Part shown: one piece after another, positions 1 to 9,398 of the stretch
Position numbering within the stretch: position 1 is the first letter of the stretch
Layout: each line of letters opens with the position of its first letter
Origin: an uncultured virus (IMG/VR IMGVR_UViG_2651869816_000009)
Lineage: Duplodnaviria; Heunggongvirae; Uroviricota; Caudoviricetes
IMG/VR virus record: IMGVR_UViG_2651869816_000009
Direction: 5' to 3' (one strand)
DNA: 64,000 nt
Notes under the pieces: generated by a model
Seen by the model: only the letters and a program-made list of their open reading frames with translations
Told to the model about the DNA's origin: nothing
The model's database searches: none
Program-made: the position numbers and the translations under genes

Positions 1-624
1 TTATTGGAACTCTGGGACAACACACACTTTTGCATAAACTCCATTCTTCATTGCAAACTGTTCTAACGTTTTTTGTCTATATTCCGTTAATGTAAAAAAA
101 TGAACAATTGGCACCTTACCATTATACTTCTCCTTATAATAAATAGTAAATTCACCATACCTATTCATTTTCTCACTGTTTACGTTCATCATTTGAGTGC
201 GATCTATTTCAACAGCATTTAAAATTCCTTCTTCGTCTCGAAATTTAACGTCTGGAATAATTGTCTTCTTTTTATCATCTATTTTATAACGTATAGGTGT
301 TTCTATCTGCCAGTCATCCGGACAAAACAGATAGAGCCAAGCTTCATTTCTCATAAGGCTGTGTGCTAATCGAATTGTTGGTACTATTTTTTCTGTATCA
401 TCGAATAGCGCACGCCCTTTTTTATTTAAGTAATATACGTATTCTTTTTTATACACTGTACTATTAACAAAAGAGCCCAAATCCTTTAGTATACGGTTTG
501 CATTTCTTATGCCACCTAAATCATGTATAGCCATTAAATGCCTACGTGTAGCAAATTTCAACTTTCTAATCGAGGTCAGAATCATCATCTGACGATTCAA
601 TTTGATGTGTGTTTGTATGTTCAT
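1..624 (-). CDS. Replication-relaxation (Replic_Relax) family protein
   Basis: N-terminal wHTH-like segment, HSLMRNE and PD...VEIDR motifs; RBS GAGGTGG before ATG at 624; overlaps the FtsK gene. Confidence 0.75.
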   Translation of the reverse strand: MNIQTHIKLNRQMMILTSIRKLKFATRRHLMAIHDLGGIRNANRILKDLGSFVNSTVYKKEYVYYLNKKGRALFDDTEKIVPTIRLAHSLMRNEAWLYLFCPDDWQIETPIRYKIDDKKKTIIPDVKFRDEEGILNAVEIDRTQMMNVNSEKMNRYGEFTIYYKEKYNGKVPIVHFFTLTEYRQKTLEQFAMKNGVYAKVCVVPEFQ

Positions 625-1753
625 GTTTCTCCACCTCATATTGTTTTAGTACATTCCACATCGTTTCATTAGAAATATAAGGTACTTGAATTTCTGTTAA
701 TCTATCCGTTTTAAACAAAGCGCGTCCAGGTATACTTTTAATCGATTCCAATCCACATTCATCTATAACTACTTGAGAAGCTGTTTGCGTCGGTAATCTA
801 AATCCTAGCTTCGCATCTGAATTTTGCTTAACTTGTCGCGGTAATGTATCTCCAGTCGGATATTGTGTACAAAAAATCAACCTAAAACCAAGTGCTCCAC
901 CAATCCTCGCTATATAAGAAAGCATTCTCTGACAAGCAATTAATAACTTTTGTTGCTCTTTGCTCATACTTTTATCCGGGCAAAGTTCAGCACCTTCATC
1001 AACTATGATAAAATGTCGTTCTTTTATATTTGTTTCCACAACGTTTGTATAGTGCCTTTCCTTCATATAGCACATTTTTTCTTCCATCTTTTCAAGAATT
1101 GTATTTAAAACTTGAAACGCTTGAATCGGCTTTTCTGCTATAGATTCAACTTGCTTTAAATTTTGATATGGCCCGAATTCTAATCCACCTTTTAAATCAA
1201 CAATGTATAAATGCGTATGGTCTGATTGTGCTGTAATAAGAGATGTCATTACATTCTTTAAAAATACGGTTTTCCCCATACGTGTTAAACCACCTAAAGT
1301 CATGTGTGGAGTTTTATCAAAATCATGATAAATTAATTCTTCTAAGCTTTGCCCTATAGGTACAAGCCATTTACCTTGTTCGACTAATGTTTCAGACCAT
1401 CTCCACTTATTAGGTATGTCTTTATGAAATACTCGAATGCTTAATTTATAATTATCGTAATGGATTCGAACAGGTTTGTTTAATCCCTCACTCACAACGT
1501 CCTCAACCTTTTGAATAATTTTGCTGGGCATACCTACGGGTAAAGTGTAAATATATGTTGTGCTGCGATCATCATCAATTTGTTTTTGAAACTTAGGATA
1601 ATGCAACTTATCATCCTTTTTAATAGCAATCCCACTCACCTCAAAAAAGACTTGAATTTTCTTTTTATCATCATCTTTTCGTTTGAACTTATCGCTTACT
1701 AATGCATAAGTTAGTGCTGCCGTGGGAACCAGTAGTAACTCCAACATAAACAT
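566..1753 (-). CDS. FtsK/SpoIIIE-family ATPase
   Basis: Walker A GGLTRMGKT, DLKGGLEF, Walker B IIVDE, TQYP motif; N-terminal hydrophobic anchor. Confidence 0.9.
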   Translation of the reverse strand: MFMLELLLVPTAALTYALVSDKFKRKDDDKKKIQVFFEVSGIAIKKDDKLHYPKFQKQIDDDRSTTYIYTLPVGMPSKIIQKVEDVVSEGLNKPVRIHYDNYKLSIRVFHKDIPNKWRWSETLVEQGKWLVPIGQSLEELIYHDFDKTPHMTLGGLTRMGKTVFLKNVMTSLITAQSDHTHLYIVDLKGGLEFGPYQNLKQVESIAEKPIQAFQVLNTILEKMEEKMCYMKERHYTNVVETNIKERHFIIVDEGAELCPDKSMSKEQQKLLIACQRMLSYIARIGGALGFRLIFCTQYPTGDTLPRQVKQNSDAKLGFRLPTQTASQVVIDECGLESIKSIPGRALFKTDRLTEIQVPYISNETMWNVLKQYEVEKHEHTNTHQIESSDDDSDLD

Positions 1754-1862
1754 TTCCCCCTTAAATATCCTATAAGGATATCATTGCACTCTTTTGAAAT
1801 ATAACAGGACAAGCATTTTCTTATACCTTTCCTATTGTCCTGACCTTCCATATTGTATTCCT

Positions 1863-2045
1863 TCATAGAAACATAACTAGAACATAACGTAGAAGGTATA
1901 AGAACGAGCCTGTGAGCGTTGTGTACAAGGTGATACGTGGAAGCCAATGTGGAACACTCTTCCCCATTTTTTCTGCTGCCTTCATCGCGATTACTGACAA
2001 GCCTGTTGCCGTCCAAATGATTACCGCTTCACCTGCAAGAGTCAT
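1863..2045 (-). CDS. Small two-TM membrane protein of the FtsK module
   Basis: 60 aa, two hydrophobic segments, RBS GGAGGAG. Confidence 0.7.
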   Translation of the reverse strand: MTLAGEAVIIWTATGLSVIAMKAAEKMGKSVPHWLPRITLYTTLTGSFLYLLRYVLVMFL

Positions 2046-2047
2046 GT

Positions 2048-2350
2048 TTACTCCTCCTCTTCCTTTTCACGAAAAGAAATACCTTTTCTCGTTAATACGA
2101 CATCATAGCAATCCATTAGGATTTCCCAATTTAAAACGTCTTCTTCCTCACCGTATATATCCTCTTCGATAATCTGGGATAAACTGAAATATCTTTTATA
2201 TTCCTTTTTATTAAACACTTTATGATTTTTCATGTGATTCATAATTGATTCTGTTTCTGATCTGGATCTTGATTCATTGTACATAGACTGTAATTCTTTT
2301 GAAGGATGTAAATATGGAGTTGTATTCAAGTGGTTATACTGCCAACGCAT
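2048..2350 (-). CDS. Hypothetical phage protein (first gene of the FtsK module)
   Basis: 100 aa ORF, RBS GGGGAGG. Confidence 0.7.
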   Translation of the reverse strand: MRWQYNHLNTTPYLHPSKELQSMYNESRSRSETESIMNHMKNHKVFNKKEYKRYFSLSQIIEEDIYGEEEDVLNWEILMDCYDVVLTRKGISFREKEEEE

Positions 2351-2513
2351 GTAATCCTCCCCCTTCTTGGTGTCCTTAGTTCCACTTGGTATTCTTCGTG
2401 GTCTTTATATAGGTATATGAACTAGAAGCAAATACATTGCCTGTCCACCTTAAATTTATTTTTTAAAAGGACAAAAATGATTTCAGACGAATATACATAT
2501 AGGAGGTGGTATA

Positions 2514-2711
2514 ATGCTCCATAGTAATTTGAAACAAATTGTAGATGAGAAAGGGTTAAGATATGGATTCATTGCGAAGAAAGTAGGCATAGCAAATTCC
2601 ACAATGACAAATTTATTACAAGGTGGATCGCCTACGCTTTTAGTAGCAATTAGAATAGCTAAGGTTCTTGAAAAGAAAGTCGAAGATATTTGGTTTGAAG
2701 AAAACATTTAA
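2514..2711 (+). CDS. Cro/C1-type HTH regulator
   Basis: HTH_3-like pattern (FIAKKVGIANSTMTNL...PTLLVAIRIAKVL); RBS AGGAGGT. Confidence 0.85.
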   Translation: MLHSNLKQIVDEKGLRYGFIAKKVGIANSTMTNLLQGGSPTLLVAIRIAKVLEKKVEDIWFEENI

Positions 2712-2720
2712 TACAAGAAG

Positions 2721-2999
2721 GTGGAATCTTTCATGAAAAAAGGACAACAAATTGTATTATGTCCACAGTGTGGAGGAAATAAGGTAAAGAGTCCTGCATT
2801 AGCATTCAAAGAAATGCTTTGGATAGCTGCATTTTCATGCATTACCATTATAGGAATACCTATTGGAATAATTTTATTTTTCGTAGCTTTGAGATTTAAA
2901 TATACAAAAATGAAATTGAAATTCAGATGTGTTGAATGTACACATGAATTTCGAGTTGAAGAGAGTACCTTTAATGAATATATCAAGGCCATTAGTTGA
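2721..2999 (+). CDS. Membrane protein with split zinc ribbon
   Basis: CPQC and CVEC pairs flanking a hydrophobic hairpin. Confidence 0.65.
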   Translation: MESFMKKGQQIVLCPQCGGNKVKSPALAFKEMLWIAAFSCITIIGIPIGIILFFVALRFKYTKMKLKFRCVECTHEFRVEESTFNEYIKAIS

Positions 3000-3047
3000 T
3001 TTCTATTCCCAATAAAAATTTTGTCCATTTATATAGGGGGAACTATT

Positions 3048-3134
3048 ATGAAGGTCATTCGATCTATTTTTAACGCATATCGTATATTCGGTAAAATATT
3101 GAAACCTATATTCCGCGCATTGAATAAGAAATAA
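3048..3134 (+). CDS. 28-aa basic amphipathic peptide (MKVIRSIFNAYRIFGKILKPIFRALNKK)
   Basis: RBS AGGGGG; hairpin terminator at about 3155-3190; below the ORF-track size cutoff. Confidence 0.55.
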   Translation: MKVIRSIFNAYRIFGKILKPIFRALNKK

Positions 3135-3329
3135 ATTTTAAAAATCGTAGAAATAAAAAAAGAGCCGTCAACCGACGGCTCCTTTTGTTTACAAAATTAT
3201 TCTTTTGTTAAAAATCTTATTCTTACAATCCTCCAATTTATTTGGTATGATGCAATTAACTAATAAAGATCCCGTTAACATATAACACACTTCTGCTGTT
3301 TATCAAATTTTCACAAGGAGGATTTTGTC

Positions 3330-3509
3330 ATGAAAACACCAAACGAATCTTTTGTATCCGTTTTAGGAAGATTATCCTTATCATTGGATGTTATATTTTT
3401 CTCCATAGCAACTTTAATTATATTTCTTGTCTCTACATATTTTTATAATCATAAATTCCCAAACCACAGATATCCTGCTTACCTTGAATTCCTTTCCTAT
3501 ATTGCATAA
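3330..3509 (+). CDS. 59-aa membrane protein (moron)
   Basis: RBS AGGAGG, hydrophobic core, terminator at about 3515-3547. Confidence 0.6.
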   Translation: MKTPNESFVSVLGRLSLSLDVIFFSIATLIIFLVSTYFYNHKFPNHRYPAYLEFLSYIA

Positions 3510-3588
3510 AAATCAAAAAATCCGTTTCCTAGTGGAGATGGATTTTTCCTTTTATTAATCAAACTATTCTTTTGTATAGTAATATGTT

Positions 3589-4521
3589 TTACTTTTCAAA
3601 CTTCACATATTCACCAGAAACCCATTGATCGCCGCCAACATTATACCAACCATCTCTATATCCCCATGTTTGATATTTTTCACCTTGGTACACATTTTTC
3701 ACGACGCCATAGTTAGTCCCCGGACCAGTACGAACTCGTAATACATCAGTTGTAATGGTTACTACACCAATACCATCATTTGAAGGTTTAGAAGGTGCCG
3801 GTGCATCTCCTCCTGTATAACGAATGTATGATGGGTCGTTATAAATCCACTGATCGCCACCAAGGTTTAACCATCCGTTTGATTGTCCCCATACTTCGTA
3901 GGACTCACCTTTACCTAATTGACGAATAACCCCGTATCCAGTACCTGGCCCTTTACGAAGATTAATGCCATTCCCTTCAATATATGCAATACCTGTCCCG
4001 TTATTTGCCGGAGGAATAGGTGTAGGAGTTACTTTACCACCTCCATTGTATGCGTTTTGAACTCTTTCAACAAAGCTATTCCAACGTCCTTCTGCTAACA
4101 TACGATGAGGACAGTACTTTCCACTCCATGATTGGTGTGTACGAACTTTATTAATTGGAATATTGTATTGTTTCATGAGTTGAGCTACAATGATAGCTGC
4201 ATTATCTTCCGCTTTATAATATCGATCTCCACCGTTTAAAGAGTAGCAAATTTCAACTCCAATAGATTTACGATTTCCGTTACCACCACCATCACCACAA
4301 TGCCAAGCGTTACGCTCTAAAAGAATTCCTTGTACAGCTTCCTTATCATCTACCGCGATATGAAACGAAACTTGGTTGTCATTGCGAATCATATAAGATA
4401 CTTCATTTTCTGCTGTAGCATCATTATACGTATTATGAACTGTGATAAATTCTGGATTCATTGTATACGGACACTTTGTACCATATTTACTTGGGTCAAC
4501 TAATTTTTTTCTGATTTCCAT
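3589..4521 (-). CDS. Endolysin, N-acetylmuramoyl-L-alanine amidase (Amidase_2 plus two SH3b domains)
   Basis: ITVHNT, AWHCGDG, SIGVEIC and KYCPH motifs; two SH3b-like repeats. Confidence 0.95.
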   Translation of the reverse strand: MEIRKKLVDPSKYGTKCPYTMNPEFITVHNTYNDATAENEVSYMIRNDNQVSFHIAVDDKEAVQGILLERNAWHCGDGGGNGNRKSIGVEICYSLNGGDRYYKAEDNAAIIVAQLMKQYNIPINKVRTHQSWSGKYCPHRMLAEGRWNSFVERVQNAYNGGGKVTPTPIPPANNGTGIAYIEGNGINLRKGPGTGYGVIRQLGKGESYEVWGQSNGWLNLGGDQWIYNDPSYIRYTGGDAPAPSKPSNDGIGVVTITTDVLRVRTGPGTNYGVVKNVYQGEKYQTWGYRDGWYNVGGDQWVSGEYVKFEK

Positions 4522-4946
4522 TATTGAACATCTCCTTTTTTCTCTTCTTGTTTTTGTTTGCCACCTAAAATTTCAACTGCATTTGTTAAAGCTTGTGGAA
4601 GTGGAATACCCATTCGTCCAGCATTTTCTAAAAGTGAAAGTAACTCATTGCCCATAAAGAAGAAAATGGTCGCTTCACGAATTGCGCTGTTACTTCCCAG
4701 TGCTGAATCTAGTTGAGCGGCCGCTCCGACCAAAAGAAAAAGCACCACCTTTTTGGCGATGCCCTTAAAACCAACTTTACTTTTTAATTCTCCGTTATAT
4801 CCTGCTGCAATTATGCCAGTTAAATAATCAATAACTGCCATCGTCACTAAGATTTTCAATGTTGCATCCCATCCTCCCAAGAAATACCCACAAAACCCAC
4901 CAAAACTAGCAATAAAAACCTTTAATACTACATCGATACGATCCAC
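4521..4946 (-). CDS. Phage holin (holin_4_1/TcdE-like)
   Basis: GGWD...DYLTG...KGIAKK...NELLSLLENAGRMG; GTG start with RBS GGAGGG; abuts the endolysin. Confidence 0.9.
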   Translation of the reverse strand: MDRIDVVLKVFIASFGGFCGYFLGGWDATLKILVTMAVIDYLTGIIAAGYNGELKSKVGFKGIAKKVVLFLLVGAAAQLDSALGSNSAIREATIFFFMGNELLSLLENAGRMGIPLPQALTNAVEILGGKQKQEEKKGDVQ

Positions 4947-5021
4947 ACTCTTCCCTCCTTCTTCCAGATAAAAAAAGAGGGACACTTGTCCCTCTTTCAC
5001 AAATACTTTTATATGAACAAC

Positions 5022-5246
5022 CTAAATCCCACCTTTAAGTATCAAACCCAAAACTGCCATAACAATTGCACTAATAACAATTCGTAAAATCCATGTGGTA
5101 TTTAGACTGATTTTTTCTAATTGCTGATTGATGGTAGAAATATCTTTTTCATTTATCGTCGTACGAGTTTCTAAATTACGAATATCTCGCATGATTTCTT
5201 TTTGTTCTGCTTTTAGACTGTCAATTTTCACATATACATCTTCCAT
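5022..5246 (-). CDS. XhlA-like hemolysin/holin accessory protein
   Basis: Coiled coil, NTTWILR motif, C-terminal TM segment. Confidence 0.8.
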   Translation of the reverse strand: MEDVYVKIDSLKAEQKEIMRDIRNLETRTTINEKDISTINQQLEKISLNTTWILRIVISAIVMAVLGLILKGGI

Positions 5247-5398
5247 ATACTCACATCCTTTTTGAAATCTTAATAAGGTAATCTCTATATACTATGAGAC
5301 AACCCTTTTCTGAGTGAATACATGAGTTAACTTTTTTACAAAAGCCCTATTTTATACAAAATACAAAAGCCTGCTTATGCACGCTTAATCTGTAATAT

Positions 5399-6082
5399 CT
5401 AAATTAAAAAGTTCATCGCAATATGAATGATATTTCCATTTTGAACACCATTCAAGAAAATTCCACCATCACTTTTAACTGTAACCTCACAAACTGTTGG
5501 TCCATTGCCATATGCAAGTGCTGGGAAAGCAATACTTTGTACAGGGCGAAATCCAGCCGGAAGGGTTGCAAATACTGCTGTATTTGCTAGATATTTAACT
5601 GATCCAATGACAGATATTTGTTCCCCACTTCTCTTGTACTTTAAAATTCTATCAGGAACATTCTCTACCCCAGTTGTAGGAAGGTTAATCCAACCTGTAT
5701 CATTTGCTTGTCTAATTGTTCCATCTGTTCGAAGTTCTACTCTTTTGGACCAATCCCAAGTATCCCCCTGTTCCTTTGTAGAAGGAGCAAAAATCAGCTC
5801 TCCCTGCGCCCCTTTGTGAATGACTGTCTTATAAGAACGACTTCCCAGCACAATTGCGTTATCAATCTTAAATTCAAGTAATCCATTTATGATGTCGCCA
5901 GCTTTCTTAACAAGGTTTGTATTAGCGGAAACATTAAACGTTTTATTGTTACGATTATAATCCCAAACGCCTTGATTTCCTTTAACATCCCTAATCCCGT
6001 AATAACCATCCCCTGTTTGGTAGAAGTTGAGCTCTTCAACTCCTGCCGTAGAGAATGCTATTTTGTTAGTATTGGCTGTACC
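5399..6082 (-). pseudogene. 5'-truncated tail fibre/baseplate receptor-binding protein
   Basis: Frame open from 6082 with no start (in-frame TAA immediately upstream); NTNLVKKAGD, DTGWINL and FATLPAGFRP tail-fibre motifs. Confidence 0.75.
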
Positions 6083-6378
6083 TTATTGATTTGTATTTTG
6101 ATTATGGTACGTGAAGTTTTATTCTTCTTTCAGCTAACAACCACGACAGACACCATCGGAAAACTTATCAGGTTCTCCTAATTCTGTCTACCTAGGATGT
6201 TGTTAGCTCAAAGAAGAGCAAAAGCTCTCCTTATTAACGGTAACATCCAATCAGTACCATCTGCTGGTTTCGGATTTTATGTGCCGTCATTACGAACCGT
6301 TTAGAAATATAAGAACAACATAGTGAGTTGTGTTTTCCGCCACTTCTCACAATACAAATATATCATGTTAAAAACCAA

Positions 6379-6433
6379 AACGTGTCCGTAAATCGTTCGC
6401 AAATAGTCCGCAGATAGTTCACGAATAGTTCGC
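6379..6433 (-). promoter_or_regulatory. Five 11-bp tandem repeats upstream of a probable late promoter
   Basis: AACGTGTCCGT, AAATCGTTCGC, AAATAGTCCGC, AGATAGTTCAC, GAATAGTTCGC; extended -10-like TGATATATT on the minus strand at 6357-6365. Confidence 0.55.
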
Positions 6434-6439
6434 GTTTTT

Positions 6440-6688
6440 TTATTTTCTTTCTTTCTCTTCAGTTAACAATCTTGGGTTTCTTACTATGACTGACCAATCT
6501 TTACCAGAACTCCAATCAATACCTCCTATTAATTGAATGCCTTTTCCTGCACCGTTAATAATTGGAGTGAAATATTCTCGTCTTGCTTCAGTATTAGCCC
6601 GCAATGTTTCTCGTAAATTCTGCTCCACTTCATCATAAATGACTACACCGCAATTTAACCCATCATTACTTCTTGTGCTTTTTTTCAT
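6440..6688 (-). CDS. Hypothetical phage protein
   Basis: 82 aa ORF with RBS-like AAGAGG. Confidence 0.6.
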   Translation of the reverse strand: MKKSTRSNDGLNCGVVIYDEVEQNLRETLRANTEARREYFTPIINGAGKGIQLIGGIDWSSGKDWSVIVRNPRLLTEEKERK

Positions 6689-6746
6689 CGTTTTTCAGCC
6701 TCTTTTCACATAGTTTTGAATAAATATGTTCTTTAATCCTAGAAAA

Positions 6747-6865
6747 TGAATTAGCTATAACCTGGAGTGTGTTAAATTCATCTGTACGCATTTACCTCAT
6801 ATGTATCAAGCCTTTATGTATTATTACAGAAATGAATTTGACACGTTCAGTTTGTAGCTAATTCA
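6747..6865. repeat. Pair of 33-34 bp lox-like sites in inverted orientation; candidate site for the adjacent recombinase
   Basis: 6747-6780 TGAATTAGCTATAACCTGGAGTGTGTTAAATTCA versus the reverse complement of 6833-6865 TGAATTAGCTACAAACTGAACGTGTCAAATTCA. Confidence 0.7.
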
Positions 6866-6889
6866 AAAATTGATAAAAAAAGAAAGAAA

Positions 6890-7432
6890 TTAGATTTTAA
6901 ATTTCCTTTGATAATCGTTTAATGTATCTTGTTCAATTCCGATATATCTCAATGTTTCTTTTTGCTCTGTATGATTTAGCATTTGTTGTAAAACTGCTAC
7001 ATCTCTAAACTGTTGATAATGATGATATCCGTACGTTTTACGTAAAGAATGTGTCCCGATACGTTCTAATCCAAACTCTTGTGCTGCTTGATTTAATATC
7101 ACATAAGCCATTGCCCTTGTAATCGGTTTGTTTTTTCCATTCCTACTTTTAATCAAATACTCATTTTTAGGTTTCCCTTTCGTATAATCACGAATCGCCT
7201 TCTTTAATTCTGATGGCATCTTAATATCTTTTATTTTTCTTGTTTTCTTTTCACGTATAACAATATTCCAACCTTCTACATCACGAACACGTAGACGCAA
7301 TATATCTGATATCCTAAATCCAGTATTAATACCAAGAAGAAACAGAATGTAGTTTCTTTCATTCTGCTTCTTATAGAATTCTTTTATTTCTTGTATGATT
7401 TCTTTATTTCGAATTGGCTGTACAATGTTCAT
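6890..7432 (-). CDS. Small tyrosine recombinase (catalytic domain only)
   Basis: TGFRISD, HSLRKT, LNH and RYIG catalytic motifs; 180 aa. Confidence 0.92.
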   Translation of the reverse strand: MNIVQPIRNKEIIQEIKEFYKKQNERNYILFLLGINTGFRISDILRLRVRDVEGWNIVIREKKTRKIKDIKMPSELKKAIRDYTKGKPKNEYLIKSRNGKNKPITRAMAYVILNQAAQEFGLERIGTHSLRKTYGYHHYQQFRDVAVLQQMLNHTEQKETLRYIGIEQDTLNDYQRKFKI

Positions 7433-7899
7433 ACTATTTCTACCTCTTCATTTTGCGTCTTTTGTTTAAACACTTCTTTTCGCAAACTGAAAGCCAAACG
7501 TAATAAAGCTTTTCCTTTCACTTTATAATACGTGGTTCTACCTAATCTCACTTCATCCATAATGTCTGGATCGTAACCCTTCTCTTCCTCCATATAATAC
7601 ATATGAATAATCTGTCTTTCTCTTTTGGGTAGCCTGTTGACAGCTCTATGAACCCAATTCATAAATTTATCTCTAGCCATCTCATATTGTACCCTTTCAA
7701 TTGCTATGTTTTCTGTAGAACTGTTGAATTCATTCGTTACAGATGGAGGAACAATTGAATACGATGCGGTTACTTTAGGTAAAATGTCACTTGGCATTTG
7801 AGATAAATACATACGATACTCCTCAAATACTTTTTCAACTTCATTCTTTGTCTCTTCTTCATCTAAAACGGGCATTTTAAATGATAATTGTTTATTCAT
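7429..7899 (-). CDS. ArpU-family late (packaging/lysis) transcriptional regulator
   Basis: Sigma region-4-like C-terminus (AVNRLPKRERQII...TTYYKVKGKALLRLAF); typical position. Confidence 0.85.
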   Translation of the reverse strand: MNKQLSFKMPVLDEEETKNEVEKVFEEYRMYLSQMPSDILPKVTASYSIVPPSVTNEFNSSTENIAIERVQYEMARDKFMNWVHRAVNRLPKRERQIIHMYYMEEEKGYDPDIMDEVRLGRTTYYKVKGKALLRLAFSLRKEVFKQKTQNEEVEIV

Positions 7900-7919
7900 A
7901 TTAAATTCCTCCATTGTTA

Positions 7920-8090
7920 TTATTTTTGTCTTAATGCTCCACGTCTACGCTCGTAACAAGGTCTATGCATCCCCATTAAATCTTCAATGTCACGAGTACT
8001 TAGTTTCTCTTTGCGTTTTTTCTTATTTTTCTTTTTCGTTTGATTGGATTGCTTTTTCCATTCACGTAGCTGATCCTTTAACACCTTCAT
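7920..8090 (-). CDS. 56-aa basic phage protein (MKVLKDQLREWKK...)
   Basis: Read by hand; RBS GGGGAA; directly upstream of arpU. Confidence 0.65.
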   Translation of the reverse strand: MKVLKDQLREWKKQSNQTKKKNKKKRKEKLSTRDIEDLMGMHRPCYERRRGALRQK

Positions 8091-8194
8091 TTCCCCATCT
8101 CCCTTTTCAAAAGAAAAAGGACACCTATTCCTAAAACAGCTTTAATTACTGTTTTAATGAATTGGTGTCCTCTAGTTTTCTAGCCGGACTATAT

Positions 8195-9376
8195 TCAGTT
8201 TACTTCGGTCAAACTTTGTAAATACGCTAATGAATGATCCTTCTTTTTTTCTATATATGCCTCAAAAAATGATAATTCAATATTAAGTAAATAACTTAAA
8301 AATTGTACATCACAATGATATTTCTTTAATAGTTGTTCTAACGTAATTGTTTTCTTATCCAAAACATGTCGGAATATACTTCTTATTTTCCCTGGACGAA
8401 TAATTGGAATTTCACTGTCTAATGGTTCTTTTATTTTATAACCATATCTATGCAATAGAACATTGAAATATCTATATTGTTGATAGCTCATGGCACCAAG
8501 AGAATACGCTCTATACCCCATAGCAGCAAGTGAAACCTTCCATTTTTGTTTCAATTCAATATAGTGATCTGGGTTTGAAATCTTACTAATGTATTGTAAA
8601 TCGCTCATAAATTCTTGTTTGGGCATTAAAAAATTAGATGCAAACATATGGGCCTCTTTCTCAATTTCATTATATTGACTTGTACTTAATTCACCAATAT
8701 CCATTTGATAATGTAATAGTAGATGCCCTAGTTCGTGTGCTAAATCAAAGTTTCTTCTTACTGATGATTTTTTTGTATTACCTAATACGATATATGGCCT
8801 ATCGTAATTCGTCCATGCGCTATATCCATCAATATCAACACCTAATGCCTTTTCCAGAACAAATACACCTTTTTTTTCTAACAAAAACATTAAGTCTTCG
8901 TTATTATCTTGGTTTAGTCCAAATTCCCTACGTGCTTTTAAAGCTATATTTTCAATAATTTCTTTTTTATTATTTTCACTAAAATTATGTTTATTTTTTT
9001 GTTCTATACTGTAACTCCTTACATCTACAACTATGCCCTTAGGATAGCTAACGAATTTTTCCATATAAGTTAGAACTTGTTCTATTTCATTCAGAAAAAT
9101 TTTGTCTGTTCTTTTCTTATACGGAACATTTTTTTCTGATCTATATGCAATATTATTTTCGTTAACAACATCCAATAATTCATCCTTCGTATAAAAAAAC
9201 TTTGTCCTTACATGAAACATAGATTTTAAATCATTAATTTTTTCCAAACTGGGGGATGTATATCCTCTTTCATATTGCCATATGGATTGTTCTGTTACCC
9301 CTAATTTACTAGCTAGATCTTGTCTTGATAATCCATATAGTAAACGCATGTTGGCTAACTTTTCACCAACAAACAT
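8195..9376 (-). CDS. XRE-HTH plus ImmA/IrrE (M78) metallopeptidase; Spr1629/RmrA-like antitoxin
   Basis: N-terminal HTH; RRNFDLAHELGHLLLH zinc motif; EKEAHMFASNFLMP. Confidence 0.85.
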   Translation of the reverse strand: MFVGEKLANMRLLYGLSRQDLASKLGVTEQSIWQYERGYTSPSLEKINDLKSMFHVRTKFFYTKDELLDVVNENNIAYRSEKNVPYKKRTDKIFLNEIEQVLTYMEKFVSYPKGIVVDVRSYSIEQKNKHNFSENNKKEIIENIALKARREFGLNQDNNEDLMFLLEKKGVFVLEKALGVDIDGYSAWTNYDRPYIVLGNTKKSSVRRNFDLAHELGHLLLHYQMDIGELSTSQYNEIEKEAHMFASNFLMPKQEFMSDLQYISKISNPDHYIELKQKWKVSLAAMGYRAYSLGAMSYQQYRYFNVLLHRYGYKIKEPLDSEIPIIRPGKIRSIFRHVLDKKTITLEQLLKKYHCDVQFLSYLLNIELSFFEAYIEKKKDHSLAYLQSLTEVN

Positions 9377-9398
9377 ACATCATTCCTCCTTAAAATAC

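Noticed and set aside
6440..6688. DGLN...IYDE as a terminase remnant
   Set aside because: Motif too short; no other terminase features in the ORF.
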